Shown in pieces: positions 51,996-61,911 of a DNA stretch of 64,000 nucleotides. This stretch comes from an uncultured delta proteobacterium (GTDB lineage Bacteria; Myxococcota_A; Polyangia; Polyangiales; JAFGIB01): NCBI GenBank assembly GCA_963778655.1, contig CAVZVA010000003.1, forward strand, positions 96,001-160,000, in the 5' to 3' direction. The notes under the pieces are model-generated. The model was not told the DNA's origin, did no database searches, and saw nothing but the letters and a program-made list of their open reading frames with translations. Position numbers and translations under genes: made by a program. Every line of letters begins with the position of its first letter. The first letter of the stretch is position 1.

Positions 51996-52687
51996 GTGCC
52001 GAGAACGAAACGCATCGCGATCACGAAGGGTGCGGCCACCGGCCGGTTGCAGCGTGTCGCGGGCGCAAAGCGCAGGCGCCGCGCCGCCTCGAGCGCGGCT
52101 TCATCCAGACCATAGCCGAGCCCGGCTAGCACGTGCGCATCTGTCACGTCGCCCTGGTCGTTGACCGCGAGCTGGATGCGAATGCGCCCTTGCACGTGGG
52201 CCTGCCGGGCTTCGTCGGTATATGAAGGTCGCACCACGCCGAGCGGCCGCGCCTTGTGCAGCATGTCGTCGGGACACTCCGGCTCGGGCCGCCGCGCGAC
52301 CAGGAGCTTGGGCTTGGGTGGAGCCACGGGTGGAGGTGGTGGCGGTGGCGGTGGCGCGATGCGCACGGCCAGGCCGCCGGTGGCGTTCGCGTCGAGCGCC
52401 AGCCCGATGTTGTCGAGCGCAGCCGGATTGTCCGCCGAGCTCGGCGCCGGCGCGGGCTCGGAATGCGCGATGTGGCGGTGGTGGTGCGCGGGCGGCTCCG
52501 CGGGGTGGGGCTTGGGCTTGGGCGGCTCGACCTTCTTCTCGTCCTTCGGCGGTGGCTCGTTGAGCGCGATCGCCACCACCTCGCGCAGCTTGTGCTGCGG
52601 GATCAGCGCGATCGCCGAGCCCGCAGCCAGGTGCGCCGCGAGGCTGACCACGTATACCGGGGAGAGCTTCTTCTTGCGTCGCGCCAT
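51992..52687 (-). CDS. tonB: TonB energy transducer
   Basis: SLAAH TM, Pro-rich linker, and the YTDEARQAHVQG...GLDEAALEA C-terminal domain. Confidence 0.9.
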   Translation of the reverse strand: MARRKKKLSPVYVVSLAAHLAAGSAIALIPQHKLREVVAIALNEPPPKDEKKVEPPKPKPHPAEPPAHHHRHIAHSEPAPAPSSADNPAALDNIGLALDANATGGLAVRIAPPPPPPPPPVAPPKPKLLVARRPEPECPDDMLHKARPLGVVRPSYTDEARQAHVQGRIRIQLAVNDQGDVTDAHVLAGLGYGLDEAALEAARRLRFAPATRCNRPVAAPFVIAMRFVLGT

Positions 52688-52697
52688 GGTGCTACCT

Positions 52698-53114
52698 CTA
52701 TCTCGAACGGTCCACCGTGATGGCGAACTTGGTGATGCCCTCGACCTTGGCCAGGTCGATCACGTGCACGACGTCGCCGTGCAACGCCTCGCGGTCCGCG
52801 GTGAGCACCAGGCTGGCGTCTTTGTCCTTGGTCTTGGCCTTGCGGAACTGCGCGCGCAGCGCCGCTTCCTCGATCGGCTTCTGGTTGAAGAGGTAGCTGC
52901 CGTCCTTGCCGATGGTGACGACCAGCGGCGAGCTCGCCGCCTGGTCGGAAGTCGCCGTCTTGGGCAGCTCCACCTTCAGGCTCTGGCTGACGATGTAGAT
53001 GGCCGAGACCATCATGATGACCAGGAGCACGAGCACGACGTCGACCATCGGCGTCACGTTGATGCCGACAATCGCGCCCCTGCGCCCTCCGCGGCCGGTG
53101 AGTGCTGCTGCCAT
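52698..53114 (-). CDS. exbD: Biopolymer transport protein ExbD/TolR
   Basis: INVTPMVDVVLVLLVIMMV. Confidence 0.93.
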   Translation of the reverse strand: MAAALTGRGGRRGAIVGINVTPMVDVVLVLLVIMMVSAIYIVSQSLKVELPKTATSDQAASSPLVVTIGKDGSYLFNQKPIEEAALRAQFRKAKTKDKDASLVLTADREALHGDVVHVIDLAKVEGITKFAITVDRSR

Positions 53115-53135
53115 GACGCAATCCCTCCCCTGGCC

Positions 53136-53858
53136 TCAGTTGGTTCCCGTCGGCGCGAGATCGCGCATCCCGCTGCTGCCTGGGCGCTGCACCGCCGGCG
53201 TGTCCCCGCTCGAGCTCGTGCCCGCGAGCCGGCCGGTGCCGGCCTTGAGCAGGGCGGTCAGCTCCTTGCCGATCGAGGCCACGTTGTCCTCGATCTCGGT
53301 GATGGTCTTCTGGATCACGTTGTAAGCGACCACCGCGGGAATCGCGACGAACAGGCCGACGCCGGTGGCGACCAGTGCCTCGGCGATGCCGCCCATGACG
53401 TTGGCCATCGACGCGGACGACTGGCTGGCGCCGAGCTGGTGGAAGGCGATGATCACGCCGAGCACGGTGCCGAACAGCCCGATGAACGGCGCGTTGTTGC
53501 CGAGCGTGCCGAGCAAGGTCGAGCCGCGCTCGATATCGCGTCGCTCGCGGATCATCCGGCCCTCCATCGCGTCGGCCACCGCGCCCGGCCCGCTCTCGGC
53601 ATAGCGCAGCCCGGACTCGAGCACGCGGGCCTCGATCGCAGGGCTCTGCTTGAGCAGCGCCCCGGCAGCGCCGAGATCTCCCTGCTGCAGAAACTCGATC
53701 AAGCGCTCGCCCAGCTCGTCGATGTCGTCGCTGCGCCGCCGGAAGAACCACCAGCGCTCGACCATGGTGGCGATCGAGAAGACGGAGAGCGTGAGCAACA
53801 CGTACAACACCCAGCTCGACCCGAGCAGCGCGATTTTGAGCAACTTTTCGATCAACAC
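53136..53858 (-). CDS. exbB: MotA/TolQ/ExbB proton channel
   Basis: APFIGLFGTVLG and GIAEALVATGVGLFVAIPA. Confidence 0.93.
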   Translation of the reverse strand: MLIEKLLKIALLGSSWVLYVLLTLSVFSIATMVERWWFFRRRSDDIDELGERLIEFLQQGDLGAAGALLKQSPAIEARVLESGLRYAESGPGAVADAMEGRMIRERRDIERGSTLLGTLGNNAPFIGLFGTVLGVIIAFHQLGASQSSASMANVMGGIAEALVATGVGLFVAIPAVVAYNVIQKTITEIEDNVASIGKELTALLKAGTGRLAGTSSSGDTPAVQRPGSSGMRDLAPTGTN

Positions 53859-53872
53859 GGTGTTTCCCTTTC

Positions 53873-54877
53873 TCAGTGGAAAGTGAATTCAGTCACGAAC
53901 AGGCCATGTTCAGCCCCGTTGTTCGCGGAAAAGCCCAACACCTCGCCGCCCTGCTCGGCGACTTGCTTCAACGTGTCATTGCCGTCCTTGTCGGTCGCGG
54001 CGGTGTAGACCGCCACCCGGAAGCGCACCGCCGGCTGGTGACAGGCGTTGAAGAGATTGGCATAGATGCCGTAGCGGCCCTGGGGCATGACGTTGCTCCA
54101 GACCAGATCTTCGTCGCGCAGACCGTCGATGACGCAGGCGGCGTTGGAGTCGCGGTCGATGATGCCGGCGTCGTCCGGCAGCCCGCCGTCCGGATCGGGC
54201 GACGCCGTCATCGGATGCTTGGCGTCGATCCACTGGCCACCCGGCGTCTTGACCTGCAGATCGAGGTCGACGTTGGTGTCCCAGCTCAGCGAGATGACCG
54301 CCTTGGGCAGCGCCCGGTCAGGGTCGCAGACGTGCAGGTTGTCCGGCACCCGACCCTCGACGCACAGGCTGAGCGCGGTCTGCTGGCCAGCCACAGCATC
54401 CTCGTCGATCGCAACCATGCGCAGGTCGCGCTTGCCGGGCGCAATATCCCGGCCGAAGTCGAGATGGGCGTCCCAAATCAGATTGTCGCTCTGCGGATTG
54501 ATGCCGCCGGCAGGAAACACCCAGTAGCCACCTCCCACGCCCAGAAGCTGCATGCCGATCGCGCGCGTGACGGTGGTGGCCTCGCCGGCGAGCTTCTTGG
54601 CGCCTTCGCCCTGGAAGACGACGTTGCTCTGACTCATCACCAGGGTGATCTGCGGGGGCACCGCCGTACCGGCGTCGCTCACGGGAGCGGGGTTGGCGCC
54701 GGGCTCGGGTCTCTTGCCCGGAAGGCTTCCTGCCACGAACTGGGCGGGAATGTAGTCGTTGCCGTTGGGGCTCCAGGACACCCGGAACGGCTCGGAAACG
54801 CCGAGCTGATCCTCCGCGCCACCGCAGCCGAGCGCGGCAACCAGCACGAGCACGCAGGTGGCGCAGCGAGCGTTCAC
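53873..54877 (-). CDS. Lipoprotein of unknown function
   Basis: GTG start overlapping the porin stop; VAALGC lipobox; LSWDTNVDLDLQV and IDRDSNAAC. Confidence 0.75.
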   Translation of the reverse strand: MNARCATCVLVLVAALGCGGAEDQLGVSEPFRVSWSPNGNDYIPAQFVAGSLPGKRPEPGANPAPVSDAGTAVPPQITLVMSQSNVVFQGEGAKKLAGEATTVTRAIGMQLLGVGGGYWVFPAGGINPQSDNLIWDAHLDFGRDIAPGKRDLRMVAIDEDAVAGQQTALSLCVEGRVPDNLHVCDPDRALPKAVISLSWDTNVDLDLQVKTPGGQWIDAKHPMTASPDPDGGLPDDAGIIDRDSNAACVIDGLRDEDLVWSNVMPQGRYGIYANLFNACHQPAVRFRVAVYTAATDKDGNDTLKQVAEQGGEVLGFSANNGAEHGLFVTEFTFH

Positions 54878-56544
54878 ATCATCCCCTGCAGCCGAAGGGT
54901 CCACTGATTGTTTTTGAAGTCGGCCGGCACCCCGCGCGTGTCGCGCGCGAGCAGGTCGTCGACGAAGTCGTACTGAAACACCAGGCGCGTGCGCCCGCGC
55001 AAGGTCAGACCGACCATCGGCGAGTAGGTGCGCACGTGCTGGGCGACTGGAACGGTCTTGCTGGCCCGCTGCTCGAACAGATCGGCGTTCGGGTTGTAGT
55101 AGTCGTAGCGGAAGCCGACCACGCCATACTCGGTGACCTCCTGTGTGAATGCGACGTAGTAGCTGAGCTCGCGCAGCGTCGAGCCATTGAATACGGGATC
55201 GGCGATGAACAGGCCGCGATCGAGGTTGCTCGCAGCCACCAGCTCGCCGTGCAGCATGCTCCAGCCCAGCTTGGTCCGGAACAGCAGCTCGAGGTCGGCT
55301 CCGAGCGCCCAGCGCGAGAAATTCTGCGAGCGCACGGCAGCCTGCGCCTGCAGGCCCTGCACGTCGTTGGCCTCGACCATGCCGTTCTGGTTGGCGTCGC
55401 GGAACTGGAGCATGTCCTTGGTCGCGTCCGTGCCCGGGTGAAAGCCCTTGCCGCGGTTGAACGACACGCCGCCCGCCAGTGCGACCAGGCGGCTGAGCTT
55501 GGTTTGCGCACCGAAGCGCGCGGTGACGTCCTTGTTGGCGTTGGGATCCTGGAGCTGAAACACGCTCTTCTCGTCGAGCGGCTCGCCGTTGGTGATCGCG
55601 ACCGAATAGCGCGCGAAGCCAAGGCCGCCCGAAAAGCGTACTCCCACGTCGGGCTCGCTCGGCCACAGCGCGCGCGAGCCGGTCGTGCGCTCCATGAACC
55701 AGCGCGGCCGTGACCCGTAGGGGATCTCGAAGCCGAACGGCAGGTCGAATTGGCCCAGCGTGAGCTGCGCCATCGGCGGCTGGTCTCGGTCCTTGGAGCG
55801 GCCATAGATCAGCGAGGCCTCGGCTTTCTGCACGCGCATCGTGGGGCCGTGCACGGTGTTGCCGTCGACCTCCATGGTGACCTGCGCGTAGTCCCAGTCC
55901 TTGGTGACGCGGATGCGCCCCCGGCGCAGCAAGAAGCGGTTCTGGTTGAGCGGCGCGCCGCCCGGCAGCAACTGGTCCTGCGAGTCCTGGTGCGACTCGT
56001 ACTGGGCCTGCAAATAGCCCGAGACCACCAGCTCCGGCTTGACCGGCAGCGCCGAGACGATCGGCGTCAATGAGTAGCCCGCGTCCGCGAGCATCGAATC
56101 CCTCGGGTCCTCACCGTGTACCTCGGGTGTCGCCGGCGCTGCGCTGGCACCCTCCGCAGTGGTTGCAGCTCGTGCCGCGGCCGCGCCCTGCGGCGCGGCG
56201 GGCGCAGCTGCAGGAGCCGCGGGCGGCGCCTCAACGGGCGCCGGCTGTGCGGGCGCGGCGGGCGGCGGCGGAGCTTGCGGCGGCGCAGCGGGCTGCACGG
56301 CGGCAGGCGCCACGGCGGGTGCCTCGGCGGGCGGCGCCGACGGCGCGGTGGGCGCAGCGGGCAGCGGTGCGGCCGCCTGTGCCGATTGCGCGGCGGGTTG
56401 CGAGGTCGCAGGCGCCGGCTGGGGCGGCACCGCTCGCGGCGGCGCGGCCTGGGCGAGCACCGCGTTGGGCAACACGACTACCATCAACCATCCGCCAACC
56501 AGGCAAGCCGACGAAAGAGAAAGATCGCATCTGCGTGATGTCAT
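54874..56544 (-). CDS. Outer-membrane porin (OprO/OprP-like)
   Basis: SGYLQAQY, RFLLRRGR, LGQFDLPFGFE and FMER; ends LRLQGMM. Start is approximate. Confidence 0.8.
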   Translation of the reverse strand: MTSRRCDLSLSSACLVGGWLMVVVLPNAVLAQAAPPRAVPPQPAPATSQPAAQSAQAAAPLPAAPTAPSAPPAEAPAVAPAAVQPAAPPQAPPPPAAPAQPAPVEAPPAAPAAAPAAPQGAAAARAATTAEGASAAPATPEVHGEDPRDSMLADAGYSLTPIVSALPVKPELVVSGYLQAQYESHQDSQDQLLPGGAPLNQNRFLLRRGRIRVTKDWDYAQVTMEVDGNTVHGPTMRVQKAEASLIYGRSKDRDQPPMAQLTLGQFDLPFGFEIPYGSRPRWFMERTTGSRALWPSEPDVGVRFSGGLGFARYSVAITNGEPLDEKSVFQLQDPNANKDVTARFGAQTKLSRLVALAGGVSFNRGKGFHPGTDATKDMLQFRDANQNGMVEANDVQGLQAQAAVRSQNFSRWALGADLELLFRTKLGWSMLHGELVAASNLDRGLFIADPVFNGSTLRELSYYVAFTQEVTEYGVVGFRYDYYNPNADLFEQRASKTVPVAQHVRTYSPMVGLTLRGRTRLVFQYDFVDDLLARDTRGVPADFKNNQWTLRLQGMM

Positions 56545-56660
56545 CGAGCTAAGAGGACTCTCCAATCTCTCCGCGAAACACTCAGCTTGACTGGGAAGCG
56601 CGAGCTCACCGGCGACCCCTGAGAGAAGCGCGCCGGTGAGCTCCGTGTGTGCTGGCTCGG

Positions 56661-57113
56661 TTAGGGAAGCTCTGGCACCCCGCCGTCGGCGAGGAGCTTG
56701 GTCAGCTTCGAGTTGTCGTACGGCGTGCAGGTGGCGTCCGTGCAGTGGTTGAGGAACTGCTCGAAGGTCGACGGGTCGTCGCACTTGTAACAACACTTCG
56801 CCGTATCCACGGCGCAGCCCGTCGAGTCCTTGTCGCAGCTGCCTCCGGCGTCGGTGCCGGCGTCGCTGCCAGCATCCTTGCCTCCGGCGTCGGTGCCGGC
56901 GTCGCTGCCGCTGCCGCCAGTGCCGCCAGTGCCGCCGCTGCCGCCAGTGCCGCCGCTGCCGCCTTTGCCGCCGCTACCGCCTTTGCCGCCGTTGCCGGCG
57001 CCTCCGTCGGATTCGGACGGCGTGTTGTTGTTGCTCTTGCTGCACGCCGGGAGCGCGAGACCCGCAACGATCAACGCGAGCGCGGCTACCTTCATCCAAT
57101 TCTTGTAAGTCAT
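56661..57113 (-). CDS. Small Gly-rich lipoprotein with a Cys-rich C-terminus
   Basis: ALPAC lipobox; GGxGGS and DAG repeats; CYKC...QFLNHC...CTPYDN. Confidence 0.8.
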   Translation of the reverse strand: MTYKNWMKVAALALIVAGLALPACSKSNNNTPSESDGGAGNGGKGGSGGKGGSGGTGGSGGTGGTGGSGSDAGTDAGGKDAGSDAGTDAGGSCDKDSTGCAVDTAKCCYKCDDPSTFEQFLNHCTDATCTPYDNSKLTKLLADGGVPELP

Positions 57114-57114
57114 G

Positions 57115-58332
57115 TCACTGTACCTCGCAGTAGCCGTAGTTGCAGTGGGGCGTCGCGGAGTCGCAATCGCTGTCCATGGTGCAGGTCTTGCACGCGCTCG
57201 GTGCCGTGCCGGTCGCCTCCTTGAGGAACTTGCACTCGCAGGACCTGTCCGGCATGTAGCTCATCAGCGGGCCAACCTCTTCGGTGCGCTTCACGCGCAT
57301 CGCGCAGTCGGGAACCACGCCGCCCTTGGCCTCGACCTGGACCAAGTCGATCTCGGTCGGAACCACGGCGCCCGAGAGGTAGTCGATCACCACCTTGGCG
57401 TCCGCGTTATCGACCACGCCGCTCGAATCGGTGTGTGCCAGCATGTGCAGCGGGCCCCAGATCGCGTAGTGACCGTCGCGGATATTGGCCTTGTCGAAGC
57501 TGGAAGCATCGGAGTCGGGCCAGTAGGCGCAGTCCTGACCGTAGGCCTGGAAGCCGAGCACGGTGACCTTGTCACGGTTCTTGTCGGTGGCATCCGTGGA
57601 TGCGATGCCGATCGACTTGTCGGCGTTGCCCGCGGTCGCAGCGGCTTCGAGCCCGTTGAGCAGGTCGGTCGTCGTCTGGTTGTGGGTGCCCTTGTACTTC
57701 GCGGCCGGCACGTGGATCGCAGCCGAGGTCATCTGCTGCGTGCCCGAGGTGTCGCTGCGTTGCTGGATGAGGGTCTCGTCGTCCCAGGGCGAAACCCCGC
57801 TGTCGTTGCCGAAGCCGTACACGAGGTAGGCGGCCTCGGCACTGATCACGGTTTGGGTGGAATCCTTGGGCACGCAGAACGTCATGGTTTGAACCGGCCC
57901 GAAGAAGTCCTTCACTGCCGACGGCGGCGTCATCCCGCAGCTCTTGGCGTAGACGTCGGAGACGCCGATATCGACCGTGTTGCCGTTGACCGAATCGAGG
58001 GTGCAGGTGCCCTCGGTCCCGGAGGTGTCCCAGATCGTTCCGTTGCCCATGATCGTGCCGGCCGGGGTCGAGCTCAGGTAGCCGACGCCCGTGCACGAGC
58101 CCTGACCTTGGTAGACGATGGTGATCGGGTCGCTAAGACCGGCGAGCTCCTTGGCTACCGAAGCCAAGAAAGGCTTCACCGCGCTCGATCCGGCTACGTA
58201 CACCGGCTTGGGTAGCGTGCTGCAGTCAGCGGCGCGAGCTTCGGCCGCCATGGCGAGCACCAGCGCCGCGGTCGCGACCGCGGGCAGCGCTCGCCCTATT
58301 TCTATAAGGGAGAAGCGTGGACGAACATTCAT
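57115..58332 (-). CDS. Secreted PstS/PBP2-like substrate-binding protein with a Cys-rich tail
   Basis: VAGSSAV, QGSCTG, DIGVSD, RSDTSGT and DGHYAIW resemble PstS-family motifs; AGGAAGGA RBS. Confidence 0.72.
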   Translation of the reverse strand: MNVRPRFSLIEIGRALPAVATAALVLAMAAEARAADCSTLPKPVYVAGSSAVKPFLASVAKELAGLSDPITIVYQGQGSCTGVGYLSSTPAGTIMGNGTIWDTSGTEGTCTLDSVNGNTVDIGVSDVYAKSCGMTPPSAVKDFFGPVQTMTFCVPKDSTQTVISAEAAYLVYGFGNDSGVSPWDDETLIQQRSDTSGTQQMTSAAIHVPAAKYKGTHNQTTTDLLNGLEAAATAGNADKSIGIASTDATDKNRDKVTVLGFQAYGQDCAYWPDSDASSFDKANIRDGHYAIWGPLHMLAHTDSSGVVDNADAKVVIDYLSGAVVPTEIDLVQVEAKGGVVPDCAMRVKRTEEVGPLMSYMPDRSCECKFLKEATGTAPSACKTCTMDSDCDSATPHCNYGYCEVQ

Positions 58333-58423
58333 GAGGTCATTCCTTCCTGCAGCCCCGGCGATTTCGGTGCCGAGGTGCTGGGCGGAAGCTAGGAGCCGCG
58401 CGTGACGTCGCAGCAGCGCCCTT

Positions 58424-58554
58424 GCGAACTTCTGGTGACAGCCGCGTGGCATGTTTCACGCGGAACCCTGCGGGTGGCGGGTGGCGATGAAGTCGCGGGC
58501 TTGTGACATTTGTGTGACGACCCACCCGAGCCCCATTTGTCACCAAAACTTCGC
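58424..58554. promoter_or_regulatory. Pho-box-like GTCAC repeats in a divergent intergenic region
   Basis: GTCAC twice at 11-bp spacing (minus strand, 58503-58518), plus two oppositely oriented 17-mers, TGTCACCAGAAGTTCGC (-, 58424-58440) and TGTCACCAAAACTTCGC (+, 58538-58554). Confidence 0.6.
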
Positions 58555-58816
58555 GCAACCGCAGCGAAGTCGTCAGACAGAACGCCTATCGGTCGCGGCT
58601 GGACTTTATGCCGGCAGGTCGCCGAGACCCGTTCGCGAGATCTCAACGCACGCCAACCCCGACCGGCCGTGCGGGCCGAACACCGGGCTCGTCCACGACT
58701 GCGAGGCGGCGCGGCAGCCGCGCCTCGCACCACGGCGCGCCGTCGTGACCCCGCCGCCGAGACGCAGCCGCCTCGAGACCCCAGCGCAGGTGCCGGAGCC
58801 GCCACGCGTTGCGCTG

Positions 58817-59479
58817 ATGACGCTGAGCGCATCGATCGCGACCGGCCCGTTGCAGGAGCGCCTGGGCGCGGACGCGGCCGAGATCGAGCTGTGGAGCACG
58901 GCCATGCTGCAGGGCAACCCGCCGGCCGCACGCATGATCGTGGTGGCTTGTTTGCCGCCCAGCACCTCCGAGACGGCGCTGCGCGCGATCGTCGCGTGGG
59001 GCGAGCGCGCCAGCGAGCCGGTAGGCTTCATCGGCTACGCGCCGCAAGGCACGGTCGAAGACGCCGAGCGCGCGCTGGCCGCAGGCTTCGACGATGTGCT
59101 GGCCGGCCGCGATTCTCCGCGCGAGCTGTCGGCGCGCGTGCGCGCGGTGGCACGGCGGCTACGCCGCGCCAACCGGCACGCGGTCGAGCGCCTGCGCACC
59201 GGACGCATCACGCTCGACCTCGGCCGCCACGAGCTGATCGTCGGGGAGCTGCGGGTGGCGCTCACGCCGCTCGAGCTGCTGTTGATGCGCGCGCTGGTAC
59301 AGGCCGGCGGCCGCCCGCTCAGCCGCGAGCATCTGCTGGGCGCGGTCTGGGGCGCCGAAAGCGTGGAGGTCGGCCCGCGTGCGGTCGACAATCTGGTCTG
59401 GCGCCTGCGCCAGAAGCTGGGCGACGCGCGCGTGTTCGGCGTGGTACGCGGCGTCGGCTTCCGCTTGCTGGGTGAATGA
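58817..59479 (+). CDS. OmpR/PhoB-family winged-helix regulator with a degenerate receiver domain
   Basis: LTPLELLLM, LSREHLLGAVWG, RAVDNLVWRLRQKL and VRGVGFR; the receiver lacks the DD, phospho-Asp and KP motifs. Confidence 0.85.
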   Translation: MTLSASIATGPLQERLGADAAEIELWSTAMLQGNPPAARMIVVACLPPSTSETALRAIVAWGERASEPVGFIGYAPQGTVEDAERALAAGFDDVLAGRDSPRELSARVRAVARRLRRANRHAVERLRTGRITLDLGRHELIVGELRVALTPLELLLMRALVQAGGRPLSREHLLGAVWGAESVEVGPRAVDNLVWRLRQKLGDARVFGVVRGVGFRLLGE

Positions 59480-59681
59480 CCGACTTGAGCGACTCAGCTG
59501 CCGGCGGCGGAGGCGGCGCGGGTCTTGTCCTGCCCCAGGCCCAGCGGGGAACCCGCGCGCCGCGCCCACCGCCGGCGGCCGTGAAACCCGGCCTTTCCGC
59601 GCAGCTGCACCGCCCAGCCAGGGCCCTGCACCCACCAGGCTTGACGCTGCACCGCGCCGGCAGCCAAGCTCGGCCACGCCC

Positions 59682-61893
59682 GTGGAGCGCAAGAACCTGG
59701 CCGGCGACCTGTGGGGCGGTCTCGCCTCGATGCTGGTGGCGCTTCCGGCGTCGATCGCCTTTGGAGTCGGCGTCTACGCGCCGCTGGGCCCGGGCGCGGC
59801 CGCCCAGGGCGCGTCGGCGGGGCTGCTCGGCGCGACCGCGCTGGGCATCATCGCACCGCTGTTCGGCGGCACCGAGCGCCTGATCACCGCTCCCTGCGCG
59901 CCCGCGGCCGCGGTGATGGGCTCGCTCGCGATGGAGCTCGCAGCCCACGCCCACAGCGGCCGGCCCGCCGCGCCGGAGCACGCGCTCGTCATCATGACGC
60001 TGGTCGCCCTGATCTCGGGCAGCCTGCAGATCCTGTTCGGGCTGCTGCGGGGCGGCACCCTGATCAAGTACGTGCCCTACCCCGTCGTCACCGGCTATCT
60101 GAGCGGCGTCGGTGTGGTGATCTTCCTCAAGCAGATCCCCGATCTATTCGGCTTCCCCAAGTCGCTCTCGATGCTGGCCGGGCTGTCGAGCCCCGGGCAA
60201 TGGGAATGGCACAGCCTCGCGGTGGCGGCCGCCACCATCGCCGCGGTGCTGCTGGCCCCGCGCCTCACCAAGACCGTGCCCGCGCCGATCGTAGGCCTGG
60301 CCGTCGGCGTGCTGACCTACTTCGCGCTCGGCCTGCTGCACCCCCGGCTGCTCAGCTTGGCCGGCAACCGGCTGGTGATCGGCCGGCTCGGCGGCGCGAG
60401 CCTTAGCTTCGGCTCGGCCCTGAGCGCGCGCTGGGCGGCAGCCACACAGCTCGGCGTCGACGATCTGGCGGCGAGCTTCGTGCCGGCGCTCACGCTCGCG
60501 GTGCTGCTCTCGATCGACACGCTCAAGACCTGCGTCGTGGTCGATGCCATGACGCGAAGCCGTCATGACTCCAACCGGGAGATGCTCGGCCAGGGCCTGG
60601 CGAACCTCGGCGCGGCGGTGTTGGGTGGCATGCCCGGCTCCGGCACCTCGGGCCCGACCCTGGTCAACGTGGCCAGCGGCGGCCGCACGCGCCTGTCGAG
60701 CGTGATCGAAGGCGGCCTCGCGCTGTTGGCCTACCTGCTGCTAGGCCCTCTGATCGCCTGGGCGCCGCTGGCCTCGCTGGCGGCGATCTTGTTGGTGGTG
60801 GCCTACCGCATGTTCGACTGGGGCAGCGTGCGCCTGCTCAAGCAGCGCTCCACCCAGCTCGACTTCGTGGTGATCGCGACCGTGGTGGCGGTCGCCGTCG
60901 GGGTTGGCCTGATCACGGCCTCCGGAGTCGGCATCGCGCTGGCGATCGTGCTGTTCATCCGCGAGGAGGTACGGGGCACGGTGATTCACCGCAAGCTGTA
61001 CGGCAACCACGTCTTCTCGCGGCAGAAGCGGCTGCCGGAGGAGACCGCCGTGCTGGAGCGCAAGGGTGACCAGACGGTGGTCTACGAGCTGGAGGGCAAC
61101 TTGTTCTTCGGCACCACCGACCAGCTGGTCGGACAGCTCGGGCCCGACGTCGCCACGCGGCGCTTCGTGATCCTCGACATGCGGCGCGTGCGCTCGGTCG
61201 ACTTCACCGCCATCCACATGCTCGAGCAGATGCACGCGCAGCTCGCCGAACGCAACGCGCACCTAGTCTTCAGCAATCTGCCCAAAGCGCTCCCGACCGG
61301 ACGCGATCTGCGCAGCTACTTCGACGAGGTCGGCCTGGTGAAGCCCGCGCGCGACATCCGCATCTTCAACCAGCTCTCGGACGCGCTCGAGTGGGCCGAG
61401 GATTGCATCCTGCAGGAGGAAGGCCGAGGGCAGCACGCGGACGAGGTGCCCATGACCCTCGAAGAGGTCGACTTCGTGCAGGGCCGCAAAGAGGAAACGC
61501 TGCGCGCGCTCGAGGCCGCGCTGGTGGAGCGGAGCTTCACGGCGGGGCAGACCGTGTTTCGCCAGGGCGAGGCCAGCGACGAGATCTACTTCATCCGCCG
61601 CGGCCGGGTGAAGATCTTCACCGCGCTGAAGGAGGGCGGCCAGCTCCACATCGCTACCTTCGGCCGCGGCGACTTCTTCGGCGACATGGCGTTCCTCGAC
61701 AGCGGCGTGCGCTCGGCGGACGCCGTCGCCACGGAGCCGACCGATCTCGTTCGCACTCTCGCGCCAGAAGATGGACGAGGTCACGGCGCAGCACCCGCGC
61801 CTGGGCCAGCAGCTGTTCGCCAGGCTGGCGCGCGCGCTGGCGTTGCGCCTTCGTCACGCCGACGGCGAGATCCGCGCGCTCGAGGAGGCCTGA
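59682..61893 (+). CDS. SulP anion transporter-STAS-cNMP fusion with a +1 frameshift near 61749
   Basis: IKYVPYPVVTGYLSGVG, DSNREMLGQGLAN, LFFGT (STAS) and GDFFGDMAF; removing one base restores the C-helix and a TGA at 61891-61893. Confidence 0.85.
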
Positions 61894-61911
61894 GCTCGCG
61901 TGCGCTGCGGC

